A DNA stretch of 51,367 nt from a virus (IMGVR_UViG_3300044638_002968:1-51367); one strand, 5' to 3'. Shown: positions 1 to 9,964, counted from the first letter of the stretch. Made by a program: numbers and translations. The notes: generated by a model from the letters alone, not told the origin.

Positions 1-212
1 CGCTTGCGCACACCTTCATCGTACTTAGAAAGCTCTTCGTCGGTTACATCCTTGGGGGCTTCTTCCATTGGCTTTCGGCCACGGTCCTGCTCAGGAGTGT
101 CGTCAATAATCTCAACTTCAGGCTCAGTTTCTACAACCTTGGAGCCAGCACGAGATTGTTTTTCTTCCACCTCATCGGGGAAAGTAAATTCGGTTTTATC
201 GAGTTCAGCCAT
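1..212 (-). CDS. Probable head scaffolding protein, N-terminal part (runs off the window start)
   Basis: ATG at 212 after an AAGGAGG RBS; acidic MAELDKTEFTFPDEVEEK...EIIDDTPEQDRGR...YDEGVRKR; position after portal/GroES is typical of the scaffold gene in this phage type. Confidence 0.6.
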   Translation of the reverse strand, partial: MAELDKTEFTFPDEVEEKQSRAGSKVVETEPEVEIIDDTPEQDRGRKPMEEAPKDVTDEELSKYDEGVRK

Positions 213-221
213 AGTGCCTCC

Positions 222-623
222 TTAAACGCGCTGAATGCCGCGAGGATCATCGACTGTTGCCTCGACAGAATCATCGTTAATGATCCGCCACTCGGTTCCG
301 TGAATTTTCATTCGCGTTCCAGTGTTTGGGCGCACGATGATGAAATCACCTACCTTGCAGCTTGGGCCGCTGGGAAAGCGTTTTTCATCTTTAAACGCAT
401 CTGGGCCAACCTTCGCCACAAATAGTACGGATGACAGCAGTTCTTCATACTGCATTGTTTGGCTGGCTTTAAGTAGGCCGCCCTCATACTCTTCTTTGGC
501 TTCTGGAAGCATGCACAGAAGGTGATAAGTGGCGGGTTCTGGAATCTGTGTGGCCTTATCCTCAACGGTTTTGTTGAGTAGGCCAGACAGATCAACCGCC
601 TGAACATCAAAGTTAGTCGTCAT
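222..623 (-). CDS. groES: GroES/Cpn10-like co-chaperonin
   Basis: P-x-x-Y-H-L-L...GGLL...V-x-K-V-G-P-D-A...C-K-V-G-D-F-I-I...R-I-I-N-D-D-S-V-E-A pattern of phage GroES homologs. Confidence 0.8.
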   Translation of the reverse strand: MTTNFDVQAVDLSGLLNKTVEDKATQIPEPATYHLLCMLPEAKEEYEGGLLKASQTMQYEELLSSVLFVAKVGPDAFKDEKRFPSGPSCKVGDFIIVRPNTGTRMKIHGTEWRIINDDSVEATVDDPRGIQRV

Positions 624-810
624 TGTCGTCTTTCAGTTTACGCACGAGGTCGCCAATTTCACGCTGTGCGGTCTGGAGACCTCGGATGACTCCGCACAAC
701 TCCCGGTATTGGGCGTAGTCTTTCGACTGTCCCGCTACCAAAGCCTCTGAATGACTTTTGACATACTCCTCAATTTTCTTGTTGAGAAGCTCCAAAATTT
801 TATTGTCCAT
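613..810 (-). CDS. Small conserved head-module protein
   Basis: DYAQYRELCGVIRGL motif; lies between portal and GroES, overlapping groES. Confidence 0.7.
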   Translation of the reverse strand: MDNKILELLNKKIEEYVKSHSEALVAGQSKDYAQYRELCGVIRGLQTAQREIGDLVRKLKDDNDD

Positions 811-812
811 TT

Positions 813-3395
813 TTAGTTCCCCGACGGTTTAGCAGTCGGTTTTGGTTGTTGAAAAGCACGTTCGGCATGGTTCAGTTTTTGCGCGTGAACCTGACCGCCG
901 TGCGCCATTTTTTGTTGAACTTGAGCTTGCTGCATTGCAGCTTGCTGCTGGCCTTGAGCTTGCTGCTGTTGGGCCTGAGCTTGGGCTTGCTGCAAGGCTT
1001 GCTGCTTTGCCGCCATCTCCATGCCATGAGCTTCTTGCATTTGGGAGATTTCCATTTGCATTCTTTGAGCCGCCATCATTGGGTCTTGCCCGGATTTTTG
1101 AGCGGCCTCTTGAGCCTTAAGGCCAAGCTCTTCTGCGCGAATTTGCAGGTCGCCTTGGGCTTTCAGTTTCTTGATTTCCACTTCTTGCATCTTGATCTGC
1201 AACTCTTGTTGTTGCATCTGAATCATTGGGTCTTGCGCCTGCTGCTGGGCTTGCTGTTGAGCAACCTGACCCTTGCTCTGCGCCAGCACTTGCTGAGATG
1301 CTTGAGCCACAAGACGGGACAACTGCACCTCAACATCCTCTGGCAAGTCTTCATCAGGCTTAGGCATAGGTACACCCAACTGCTCTTCAACCTTCTTGCG
1401 GTAGGAGAATGCCAAGTGCTCTGAGACGTGAGCCATGATCTCGGCTTGCATCTTTTGGGCTTGTGGGTTCTGCCCAATCTGCGCTGCCATCAACGGGTCT
1501 TGCATCAAAGCCATATGAACTGCAATGTGAGCATCGTGGTCTTGGTAGATGAACGCCTTGGTGGGTTTTCCATTCAAGAAGGCCATGTTCTCGCTCACCG
1601 GATCGCGTGGCTTCATGTCGTCTTCAATCGGGACGAGCTTGTCTGCGTTCTTGATTCCCAACACCTCAATCATCTGACGGTGCAACTGCGGCAGGTCATA
1701 AATCTGAGGAGCTTGTGCGGCTAACTGGATTACAGCTTGGTACTGCATGATCCGTTGGGCCATGGTCGAGCTGTTGGGGTCCGACACTGGAATAACTTCC
1801 ACCATGTCGTAGTCTTCCCGCTTAGCCATGCGGTCGCCGCCTTGTGGCTCGTACTCGTATTCACTCGGGGTGTTGTCCCGAATGATTTCCTTGAGCAGTT
1901 TGAATTCCTGCTTCATGGCGTAGTGGACACGCGCTTGGACGGCGCTCATTGTTTTGAGCTGTCGCTCGAGCAATGCCAAGGTCGTACCAACAGGAGAGTT
2001 AGCGCTCATGTCGCTGATGTTCATGTCAGCGATAGAACCGAGACGACGGCCTTCTTCTGTGATGCGGTCCAGCAACGCAGCCAGAACCTGCGATGGCTCT
2101 TTATATGGCAACGGCATGATGTTATCGCGCACCGTGCCACCGGGCACATCTACATCTCGCCACTCACCCGGAGCAATTGGGGTGTCATCCCCTTTGATCC
2201 TCAAGCCGCGTGACTTCAAACCACCGGGCAAGTTGGACAGGGTTCCTGCGTCTACCAGTTGGCGAATCAAGGATGTGCCTGCACGGGCATAGCCGCCGAT
2301 CAGGTGGATGTAACCAAAACCATAAGCGCCGAATCCGGGCACGTAGTCATATTGAACAAAATGCTGGCGCTTGAGTTTCTTGGGATCGCTCTCGTTCCAG
2401 TTTCTGTACACCGACAAAACTTTGTTTGTGCCCTTGTCGATGGTCACAATGTAAGGAAGAGCAATTTCATCCTCATCCTCGTAACCCGGCATGTCGTAGT
2501 CCACTTGAATCTCAAGGAACTGATAACGCTCATCATCTGTTACTGAGTAGCCCTGCTCCTCGGCTTTCTTCTTCTCCACATCGTTGTGGATCATGACGGG
2601 CTCACCCAACTCCACATCACGGTAGAAGCCTGCGACCTGAAGCTTGCGAACATCGTTCTTGGTCTTGCGCATCACATGGGTCACTCGTTCTGCGGAGCGA
2701 GCACCAGAGGAGCCATAGGGGATAACGATGTCTTCAGCAGGACAGAAGATAGATACCTGACGGCCAAGGCTTGGATCGAAGTAAACCTTCTTGAAGGCGG
2801 AGCCAGCCAGCCCCAAGTTGAACAGCATGCGCTCATGCTCTGGGCGGTACTCAGGCATTCCGTCAACCAACTGGAAGTTCATGTCGGCACGAACGCGCTC
2901 GGCGGCATCTTCCTTGAGTTTGTCAATTGCGCCAATGATCTGCGTCTTGACGGGGCCTTGCGCGGGGAAGGTCTCAATAATGGTCTCTGACTGGAACCTC
3001 ACTGCGGCTTCAGTCAACAGGGTAGAGAAAACTCCGCAAGCTCCAGTCCAAGGCTCGGTGCGCTCCTCATACTTCATGCCAAGAACCTCAAGGCCCCTGA
3101 CATACATCTCTACCCAGTCCTTGCGAGAAGCGATGTCGGACTCAACCTCGCCAACCAAATCAGAGCCCAGCTTCTCGAGCTCGCCCTCATCCATGAATTC
3201 AGCCAAGTTGGCATCAAAATCAGGCTCATCATCTTCTGGCATCAGATCAATGGCAATGCCATCAATCCCAATTTCAAGACCTTCCGGGTCTTCAATCATG
3301 ATCTCAACCGCAGGGGTGTCGTCCTGCACAATGTCTGAGAAATCAAGACCCTCTGGGGCCTGTGCGAGGGATGAAACCATGCTGCTCGTTGCCAT
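813..3395 (-). CDS. Portal protein (P22-like) with Q-rich coiled-coil C-terminus
   Basis: 860 aa directly downstream of TerL; GSAFKKVYFDP, LVDAGTLSNLPGG and PVGTTLALLE motifs; long Q-rich tail. Confidence 0.85.
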   Translation of the reverse strand: MATSSMVSSLAQAPEGLDFSDIVQDDTPAVEIMIEDPEGLEIGIDGIAIDLMPEDDEPDFDANLAEFMDEGELEKLGSDLVGEVESDIASRKDWVEMYVRGLEVLGMKYEERTEPWTGACGVFSTLLTEAAVRFQSETIIETFPAQGPVKTQIIGAIDKLKEDAAERVRADMNFQLVDGMPEYRPEHERMLFNLGLAGSAFKKVYFDPSLGRQVSIFCPAEDIVIPYGSSGARSAERVTHVMRKTKNDVRKLQVAGFYRDVELGEPVMIHNDVEKKKAEEQGYSVTDDERYQFLEIQVDYDMPGYEDEDEIALPYIVTIDKGTNKVLSVYRNWNESDPKKLKRQHFVQYDYVPGFGAYGFGYIHLIGGYARAGTSLIRQLVDAGTLSNLPGGLKSRGLRIKGDDTPIAPGEWRDVDVPGGTVRDNIMPLPYKEPSQVLAALLDRITEEGRRLGSIADMNISDMSANSPVGTTLALLERQLKTMSAVQARVHYAMKQEFKLLKEIIRDNTPSEYEYEPQGGDRMAKREDYDMVEVIPVSDPNSSTMAQRIMQYQAVIQLAAQAPQIYDLPQLHRQMIEVLGIKNADKLVPIEDDMKPRDPVSENMAFLNGKPTKAFIYQDHDAHIAVHMALMQDPLMAAQIGQNPQAQKMQAEIMAHVSEHLAFSYRKKVEEQLGVPMPKPDEDLPEDVEVQLSRLVAQASQQVLAQSKGQVAQQQAQQQAQDPMIQMQQQELQIKMQEVEIKKLKAQGDLQIRAEELGLKAQEAAQKSGQDPMMAAQRMQMEISQMQEAHGMEMAAKQQALQQAQAQAQQQQAQGQQQAAMQQAQVQQKMAHGGQVHAQKLNHAERAFQQPKPTAKPSGN

Positions 3396-3403
3396 ATTTG
3401 ATC

Positions 3404-4918
3404 CTAATAGAATGCGGCTCTACGCCGAAAGGACAAAGGTTCGTCCTGCTCGTCGGATTCTAGTCTCAAGAACCCGCCTTGTCGAAATCTGGTGATAGCC
3501 ATAACAGCCGTGTCAGCCAAGTCATCGTGGGCCGCGTTAGGGAAAGCCGCCATCTGATCAATCACTTCTCTGGCCCATCTAGTATCCGGTGCCCACACCT
3601 TGCCAGCTTGGAAAATAGCAGACACCGTATTCATCCGGGCGATCTTGTCGTTCGACTGCTGACGTGTACCCCGACTTGGGGTGTACCCCCGAATAAAGAT
3701 GTCGGCCTGCTGGTTCAACTCTTGGATCAATGATGCCCCTGCAGCCTTAGCTTCAATGATGCAGTCATCTGGCTCCCACTCAAGATAGTGCGCCCGAGCT
3801 TTTTCCTTGAGCTCGGGAAACTCCATCCGCTTTTGAAAAGCATCCAGCAAGATAATGTTTGCGTTGTTCGGGTCCTCATCCATATAGAACACACCCCAAG
3901 TGGTGCAGGCCGAATAGTCCGACCGCTCGTTTTTCGTAAACGCCGTGTCCCATGCTTGGATGATGAACTCACACCTCGGTGGATCATCCCTCTCCCAGAT
4001 TTTCCACCAGTCGCGCTTAACAATAGCACCCTCTTCGCCAGTTGGCTGCTGCTGGTACTGCGCATTCCACTTGGCCGGAGCCAGTTCTTCCTTCAGCGCC
4101 TCAAGGAGTTCAAGGGACCAGAACTCAGGCCATAAGGGATTACCAGAGGGAAGAATGGCCGGGAACTCAATCACTCTCCATTCGTCCGTCTTGTTTCTCT
4201 CGCCCGCTTCCTTCAAAACTCTCCCAATGAGGTCATTCTCACTCCAGCGGGTCGCAATAATGATGATCGCCCCATTAGGCTGAAGTCGCTGACGCGGGCC
4301 AGAGGTGTACCACTCATACGCCTTGTCATATATAGAAGGGTCATGCGCCGCTAAGGTCGCCTCCCCTTCAGTATGAGGATCATCAATGATGACCAGATCG
4401 GCCCCCCGGCCAGTCATCGTTCCACCTACGCCAATAGCAAAGTATTCCCCCACCTCATTTACAGCCCACCGGCCAGCCGACTTCGAGTCCTGCCGAATAT
4501 TCGTGCTCGGAAACACCTCGTGGTACTGCTCACTCATCACCAAGTTCCTGACCTTACGTCCGAAACCAACGGCCAGTTCGCCCGTGTTCGACGCCTGCAT
4601 CACCTTCTTGTCAGGAAACTTCCCAAGAAACCACGCCGGTAGCATATAAGAACCAAACTCAGACTTTGTATGACGCGGCGGCATGGAAATTGCTAGGCGC
4701 TTTAACTTTCCCGAGGCAATGTCCTCGAACGCCTTAGCCACAACCGCATGATGCCGCCCATGGATAAACCCCGGCCACATCTTCCGTACAAAAGCCATAA
4801 ATGACGCCTGACACTTCTCCCTCTCCACCGCAGCCTTGTACTCAGCCACCTGCTCCATCAGCTTCTCCTGCTCATGAATCGGCAACTGCGCTATCAACGC
4901 CTCCAAGTTCTCGTTCAC
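3404..4918 (-). CDS. terL: Terminase large subunit
   Basis: Walker A-like MPPRHTKSE, Walker B IIDDP, coupling motif ATRW, RNase H-like nuclease AWDTA...HDDLAD. Confidence 0.95.
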   Translation of the reverse strand: MNENLEALIAQLPIHEQEKLMEQVAEYKAAVEREKCQASFMAFVRKMWPGFIHGRHHAVVAKAFEDIASGKLKRLAISMPPRHTKSEFGSYMLPAWFLGKFPDKKVMQASNTGELAVGFGRKVRNLVMSEQYHEVFPSTNIRQDSKSAGRWAVNEVGEYFAIGVGGTMTGRGADLVIIDDPHTEGEATLAAHDPSIYDKAYEWYTSGPRQRLQPNGAIIIIATRWSENDLIGRVLKEAGERNKTDEWRVIEFPAILPSGNPLWPEFWSLELLEALKEELAPAKWNAQYQQQPTGEEGAIVKRDWWKIWERDDPPRCEFIIQAWDTAFTKNERSDYSACTTWGVFYMDEDPNNANIILLDAFQKRMEFPELKEKARAHYLEWEPDDCIIEAKAAGASLIQELNQQADIFIRGYTPSRGTRQQSNDKIARMNTVSAIFQAGKVWAPDTRWAREVIDQMAAFPNAAHDDLADTAVMAITRFRQGGFLRLESDEQDEPLSFRRRAAFY

Positions 4919-5265
4919 TCAAGCTCCTTTAAGTTCTTGTAATTCACCCAAGCCGGACGTATCGTCCTTCCCACCCCATCTATCTTCTTCACCACCCCCA
5001 ACTTCACCAACCTCTCCACAATCTTCACCGTACTCCCCATCCCCATCTTCCCCCTCACATACGCTATATCCCGTATGGTCGGCGAAAACCCATACTTCTT
5101 CCACCACTCATCAATCACCATAAACACCTCCTTCTGCGCCGGACTCATACCCATCTCCATACACTCATCCCTCGTAGGATCGCTACGCCGAATTTTCATG
5201 TCCCTGTGGATAACTTTTTTTACGCAACCTCCACAAATAGGTTGCCGCGTTGTTTTCGTAATCAT
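4915..5265 (-). CDS. LexA-like N-terminal winged-HTH DNA-binding protein (true start may be further downstream)
   Basis: MSPAQKEVFMVIDEWWKKYGFSPTIRDIA...STVKIVERLVKLGVV...RTIR matches the LexA DNA-binding domain pattern; no peptidase domain. Confidence 0.75.
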   Translation of the reverse strand: MITKTTRQPICGGCVKKVIHRDMKIRRSDPTRDECMEMGMSPAQKEVFMVIDEWWKKYGFSPTIRDIAYVRGKMGMGSTVKIVERLVKLGVVKKIDGVGRTIRPAWVNYKNLKELE

Positions 5266-5347
5266 CTGGCCATTCCAACTAGAACTATTTATCTCATCAC
5301 GTTTTTCGTGGGACTGCCTATTTTTTAAGCAATATACCCCCCGGGGG

Positions 5348-6106
5348 TCAGCTTTCCAACGATGACGGGGGGGTCTCCTGTGTGGAGGGGGGTGGGTCTA
5401 GTTCGTGTGGAATAGATGGTTGTTCATGTGGAATGGAAGAAGGCAGAGATTGTTCGTGTGGAATAGTATGCGTATATGCGTGGGACTCCTCATCACCAGC
5501 TTGGGGGGTCGGGGATGGGTGGGTGTCGCTGCCGGCCAATTCTCGCATCAGGTCATCCGCCTGAGCATCGATGACGTGAGCATCGATTGCGCTGGCATTG
5601 CTCAGTGCTTTGAGCTGAGCCATGATCGAAGCGCGTGCATCCTCAGAGCTTGTGATGGTGCGAACTTCTTTGCGCTCAGTGAAGGCCGCGACTTCTGTAA
5701 CGGTGCCCAAGACCTTAGCCGCTGCCGTGATTTGACCGGGTTTTGACTCAGGGTCAGTGATCACGCCGACTAGGGATTGAATGACCAAAGCACGCAAGGC
5801 CGAAGGGGTTTGATATTCCTGAGCCTTAATCGCCAGTTGCAGCGCTTCGATCTCGTTGGTTATCCGTTGGTCTCTGGTCAATTGATACGGCTCACGTTGC
5901 AGAGTGTTCTTCGACTTCACGTTGTAAGCCTTCCGATATGCCCCGGCTTTTGTCTCACCCTTAGCCACTTCTAAGCAGAACTTCTTTTGTTTCCCGGTAA
6001 GTTCCCTTGAAACGCTCTTACCCAAGATGTGAGAGACGGGGACAGAGTTGAGCCCTTCGGTTATCTGAGCCCGGGTTAACTTGGCTGGGTTGTTAGATGT
6101 TTTCAT
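5348..6106 (-). CDS. terS: Terminase small subunit
   Basis: LTGKQKKFCLEVAKGETKAGAYRKAY HTH typical of TerS; upstream of terL. Confidence 0.75.
   Translation of the reverse strand: MKTSNNPAKLTRAQITEGLNSVPVSHILGKSVSRELTGKQKKFCLEVAKGETKAGAYRKAYNVKSKNTLQREPYQLTRDQRITNEIEALQLAIKAQEYQTPSALRALVIQSLVGVITDPESKPGQITAAAKVLGTVTEVAAFTERKEVRTITSSEDARASIMAQLKALSNASAIDAHVIDAQADDLMRELAGSDTHPSPTPQAGDEESHAYTHTIPHEQSLPSSIPHEQPSIPHELDPPPSTQETPPSSLES
5401..5466. repeat. Three 15-bp direct repeats GTTCRTGTGGAATRG in the terS 3' end
   Basis: Copies at 5401-5415, 5422-5436 and 5452-5466 (encode IPHE x3). Confidence 0.85.
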
Positions 6107-6416
6107 AGGTGCGATTGTAGGAGAACAGCACGAGAGCCGCTACCGCTTCGCTTTAAACAAGCCCGCGACCACCTCACGCGACCGACAGCGCCACCCGGTC
6201 AACTTACCCGACAGCAGGCAAGCACCACCGACACGGCAGGCATCAGCGCACCGCGTCACCCCATAGCCCGAGACTATCAAGCCCGAAAACCGATTAAAAA
6301 ATACTCGACACAAAAAACACAAATAAGCGCCCTGCCCCCTTCGCACGCACCCCGGAACCTAAGAGAATATCAATCAGGCAGGAATGACCCTGACCTAACA
6401 CACAGGAGCAAACACC

Positions 6417-6656
6417 ATGCAATCACTCCCCACAGCACTGACCACCGCCCAGCTCGAAGGCATTTTGTCGGCACTGGCAGCAATGCCAAGCGCCACAGTA
6501 AACCGCCACCCCGACATCATCACAGTGACAGCCACCCGCAAGAAAACGGGCGAGACCGTTAAGGTTTTAAGCGCAGCCACCACCAACGGCCAGCAATGGC
6601 ACGTTATGACAGCCCCCGGACTTATCACCACCACCACCACGAAAGCCACAGCATGA
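6417..6656 (+). CDS. Hypothetical early protein
   Basis: ACAGGAG RBS; first ORF of the plus-strand cluster; overlaps the next ATG. Confidence 0.65.
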   Translation: MQSLPTALTTAQLEGILSALAAMPSATVNRHPDIITVTATRKKTGETVKVLSAATTNGQQWHVMTAPGLITTTTTKATA

Positions 6657-6823
6657 AAAACGCATACACAAACAATGGTTACACCGACCGCGCCGACTAT
6701 CTCGAAACATTGTGCGAGGACTACCCGCCCGAGGTTGTCCACACGCTCGCCGACCTACTAGGACCCGATGAAGACTTTGATGGACTGGTAACAAGCCTCG
6801 AAGACTTCGCCGAAGGATATTGA
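6653..6823 (+). CDS. Small acidic hypothetical protein
   Basis: ATGA overlap; MKNAYTNNGYTDRADYL...LGPDEDFDGLVTSLED. Confidence 0.65.
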   Translation: MKNAYTNNGYTDRADYLETLCEDYPPEVVHTLADLLGPDEDFDGLVTSLEDFAEGY

Positions 6824-6869
6824 CCAACCCAGCCCGGACACAGAGCCGGGCACCACAGGAACCCACCAC

Positions 6870-7061
6870 ATGACCACAGCCGACCATATCCGCACCATAG
6901 CCGCCCGCCTTATCGGTTACCAGACCCAAGGCCACGGATTCACCAAAATACACCACAGCCTGACCCTAAAAAATGCTTTGCAATGGGCGCACTGTTACGA
7001 CCGCGCCACCGTGACCCGCCGGGGCCGATTTATTGCCAGCACCACCACCAAAGGAGCCTGA
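6870..7061 (+). CDS. Hypothetical protein
   Basis: ACAGGAA RBS; tandem packing. Confidence 0.55.
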   Translation: MTTADHIRTIAARLIGYQTQGHGFTKIHHSLTLKNALQWAHCYDRATVTRRGRFIASTTTKGA

Positions 7062-7064
7062 AAC

Positions 7065-7274
7065 ATGCCGCACGATTTCCCCGCCACGCCAGCCGCCGCC
7101 CTTGTTTATCTGGTTTTCTTTACCGACAGCGACAGCGCATGCCTTGAAGCATATGCAGACAAGGACCACGCCGAACGCGCCGCAGCACATTACAAGCGCC
7201 GGGGTTTTGCAGATACCCGCATAGACGCCCGAGCCATTCGCGGAGAAACATTTTTAACCATGATTGGAGCCTGA
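7065..7274 (+). CDS. Hypothetical protein
   Basis: AAGGAG RBS; tandem packing. Confidence 0.6.
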   Translation: MPHDFPATPAAALVYLVFFTDSDSACLEAYADKDHAERAAAHYKRRGFADTRIDARAIRGETFLTMIGA

Positions 7275-7277
7275 ACC

Positions 7278-7496
7278 ATGATAACCAGCACCGACCACGC
7301 AGGCCGAGCCTGCACCCTCACCCACAACGGCCAGCCAGTGAGCCCCGGTGAAATACTGGAGGATTTCCGGGGAGACCAGTACCGGGTAACCGGGGGCCAA
7401 GCCCCGCACAAACCCAGCAGCAGCGGAAAGATTTACACGGACGGGGGCAACTACTACCCCGCCGTTTTCGGATGCAAGTGGACCCCCAGCAACTAA
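7278..7496 (+). CDS. Hypothetical protein
   Basis: GGAG RBS; G-x-x-P-H-K-P-S-S-S-G-K-I-Y...YYPAVFG motif seen in small phage proteins. Confidence 0.65.
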   Translation: MITSTDHAGRACTLTHNGQPVSPGEILEDFRGDQYRVTGGQAPHKPSSSGKIYTDGGNYYPAVFGCKWTPSN

Positions 7497-7518
7497 CCAA
7501 CCAACAGGAACCAACACC

Positions 7519-7911
7519 ATGAAACCCCAAGACCTTCAAACACTCGCAGCCGCAGCCCTCATGCCCGCAGGTTTTCGCCACCACGACAGCGCAGAGCCAG
7601 CCGAGCCCGCAGCAGTCACCGCAGCCCACGCCCTCGCCCTCAAAGTGGACGAGCTGGGCCAGCTTCACGCCGCCATTGCCAAACTGAAAAAAGACGCCGA
7701 CCAGATCCGCACCGAGCTGGAGGATGCAGGCCTAGAGAACATCGACGGCCAACTGTACCGGGTGAACTTTGCCCAATGCGCCGGGAAGACCCTCACCGAC
7801 TGGCAAGCCATCGCAAAGCGCCTGAAGGCCAGCCGCCAGCTTATCGCAGCACACACCACCACGGGCGAAGCCAGCACCCGGATGACAGTTAAAGCACGCC
7901 AAACACACTAA
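7519..7911 (+). CDS. Hypothetical protein (coiled-coil)
   Basis: ACAGGAA RBS; VDELGQLHAAIAKL...TDWQAIAKRL. Confidence 0.65.
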   Translation: MKPQDLQTLAAAALMPAGFRHHDSAEPAEPAAVTAAHALALKVDELGQLHAAIAKLKKDADQIRTELEDAGLENIDGQLYRVNFAQCAGKTLTDWQAIAKRLKASRQLIAAHTTTGEASTRMTVKARQTH

Positions 7912-7923
7912 GGAGCACACACC

Positions 7924-8583
7924 ATGGGCACGACTTGTTATCTCATAAACACCAGCCAGACCACCAAAGCCACCATTGAACGCGACCAAAGCCAGCAATA
8001 TATCGCAGGAGTTAAGCACGGGTTTGCCTTCGATTATCTGACCATGAAAGGGTCAACAGGTTACGGAATCATGCACCGCCAAGACAAGGACACGGGCGAA
8101 AAAATCCATTTTGGCATTGTGTTCAAAACCAGCAGACACAAAACCGAACATTGGGGAATGTCTGAATTTTGCATAAAGGAAATTGATGAATCCATGGGGC
8201 CTTATCAAACGAACGCACCCGCCAAAATGCTCGACATGCTCGACAAGTTGGCACCAAACCCCACAGGCCACGCCGCCCAATGGCGCACCGCATGCCGGGA
8301 AACAATCGCACGCAAAAAGGCACCAGCAGCCAAGCCAGCAGCAGGCCAGCGCGTGACCTACAACGGCACCGCCTACACACTGAGCCACCCAGCAGGCCCC
8401 CGGAAGGGATGGATTGTCCACAGTGACACGGGCGCACGCTACAGGATGAACGCCCGACAAGTGAGCCAAGCGCTAAACGCGCCACCCCCAGCGCCGCCAG
8501 AGCCACCCCGCAGCAAAGAGCAGACACCCGAGCAGTTTTTCCGAGACCATTTTCAATTCATCCATGTGAAAGACCCAGCATGA
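7924..8583 (+). CDS. Hypothetical protein (DUF6927-like)
   Basis: AAGGAG RBS; KEIDESMGPY...P..MLDML...A.QWR..C motif. Confidence 0.55.
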   Translation: MGTTCYLINTSQTTKATIERDQSQQYIAGVKHGFAFDYLTMKGSTGYGIMHRQDKDTGEKIHFGIVFKTSRHKTEHWGMSEFCIKEIDESMGPYQTNAPAKMLDMLDKLAPNPTGHAAQWRTACRETIARKKAPAAKPAAGQRVTYNGTAYTLSHPAGPRKGWIVHSDTGARYRMNARQVSQALNAPPPAPPEPPRSKEQTPEQFFRDHFQFIHVKDPA

Positions 8584-8831
8584 ACCGCCAGCACCCAAAA
8601 ACTTTAATCGGCAAGTCTGAATTTTACGGACTTGACCACCGCCAGCACTTCACCATGAACCCAGCCACACCGCACCCGGACAGCGACAGCGACCCCCAAC
8701 CCATGCCACTGGCCGAGGCAATAGCCTTCGCCCTTCGGATTCTTAAAGACCCGACCGCTACCCAATGGCAGCGCCAAAAGGCAGCGGATGAACTGCAATA
8801 CAGCCACGACACACAGGACGACACACAATGA
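8580..8831 (+). CDS. Hypothetical protein
   Basis: ATGA overlaps on both sides. Confidence 0.5.
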   Translation: MNRQHPKTLIGKSEFYGLDHRQHFTMNPATPHPDSDSDPQPMPLAEAIAFALRILKDPTATQWQRQKAADELQYSHDTQDDTQ

Positions 8832-9505
8832 AATATCACTTCATTCAAGCCAGCAGCAACAGGAAAACCGGGCCAATCCCCCAGACCTACACCAGCCGCG
8901 AATCGTGCCCGCCCTCATGCTCACATTACCGCAGCTCATGCTATGCCGAGGATTTTTACACCCGCCTGACATGGGACAAAGTACCAGCACGCGGCACCGA
9001 CTTGGAGGGTTTGATTAAAGCAATCAACAGATTACCCAAGGGTCAATTATGGCGCCACAATGTAGCCGGGGACTTGCCCGGAGACGGGGAAACAATCGAC
9101 GCCTACGCACTGGGGCAGATAGTCAAAGCCAACAGAGGCCGCGCCGGGTTTACCTACACCCACAAGCACAGCCCGGACGCTATCACATGGGCAGGCCACG
9201 CGACCCGCTGTGGCTTTACCGTGAACTTAAGCGCCGACGATGTAGCGCAGGCCGACCAGCTCGCCGCCCATGGTCTCCCCGTGGTTGTTGTTGTCCCCAT
9301 GGACACCCCAAAGCACAGCCAGACGCCCGAAGGCCGCCCGGTGTTGGTTTGCCCCGCACAAACCACCGATTACATGACGTGCGCACTGTGCGCACTGTGC
9401 CAACGCGCCGACCGCCGCCAGATTATCGGATTCAGAGCCCACGGCACCAAAGCCAAGCAGGCCGACCGTATCGCCCGCCGGGTAATCCCCATCGCCGCAG
9501 CCTGA
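8828..9505 (+). CDS. Cys-rich putative Fe-S / radical-SAM-like (gp88-like) protein
   Basis: SNRKTG...CPPSC-x6-CYA, RHNVAGD, FTYTH, CPAQ...CxxCxxC...FRAHG. Confidence 0.55.
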   Translation: MKYHFIQASSNRKTGPIPQTYTSRESCPPSCSHYRSSCYAEDFYTRLTWDKVPARGTDLEGLIKAINRLPKGQLWRHNVAGDLPGDGETIDAYALGQIVKANRGRAGFTYTHKHSPDAITWAGHATRCGFTVNLSADDVAQADQLAAHGLPVVVVVPMDTPKHSQTPEGRPVLVCPAQTTDYMTCALCALCQRADRRQIIGFRAHGTKAKQADRIARRVIPIAAA

Positions 9506-9573
9506 CAGCGCCAGCGCCAGCCCTTCGCGGAGGGTTGTCGCGGGAATTGTCCCGACCACAGGAGATTTAAAAC

Positions 9574-9762
9574 ATGATCACAAATCAAGAATACATCGAC
9601 AACTACGGCACTCAATGCCCGCATTGTGGAAGCACGAATTTATCGGGCGACCATGTACAAATTGACGCGGGAAGCGCATGGCAAGACATTACATGTGACG
9701 ACTGCGGAAAAGACTGGCAGGACACCTACACCCTGACAGGTTTTGCAGACACCAACAAATAA
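9574..9762 (+). CDS. Zinc-ribbon protein
   Basis: CPHC...CDDC; ACAGGAG RBS. Confidence 0.7.
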   Translation: MITNQEYIDNYGTQCPHCGSTNLSGDHVQIDAGSAWQDITCDDCGKDWQDTYTLTGFADTNK

Positions 9763-9781
9763 ACCCACAGGAGCCCCAACA

Positions 9782-9964
9782 ATGAAAAACCCAGAAGCCC
9801 ACTATATCAACGCGGGCGCACGCTATGAGCACGCCCGGACCCCCGGACAGGTAGCAGCAGCCAGTCAGATAATCCGCACCCTACTGGAGGCAGAAAAGCC
9901 GCACGACCAGACCGAAGCCCGCCACCTAATCGAACGAGGCAGGCAGGAGGCCCGGAGAGCATGA
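9782..9964 (+). CDS. Hypothetical protein
   Basis: ACAGGAG RBS before ATG 9782. Confidence 0.6.
   Translation: MKNPEAHYINAGARYEHARTPGQVAAASQIIRTLLEAEKPHDQTEARHLIERGRQEARRA

Noticed and set aside
842-4649. Many plus-strand ORFs opposite portal and terL (and similar shadows opposite the late genes)
   Set aside because: Antisense shadows of long genes, with no RBS or recognisable motifs
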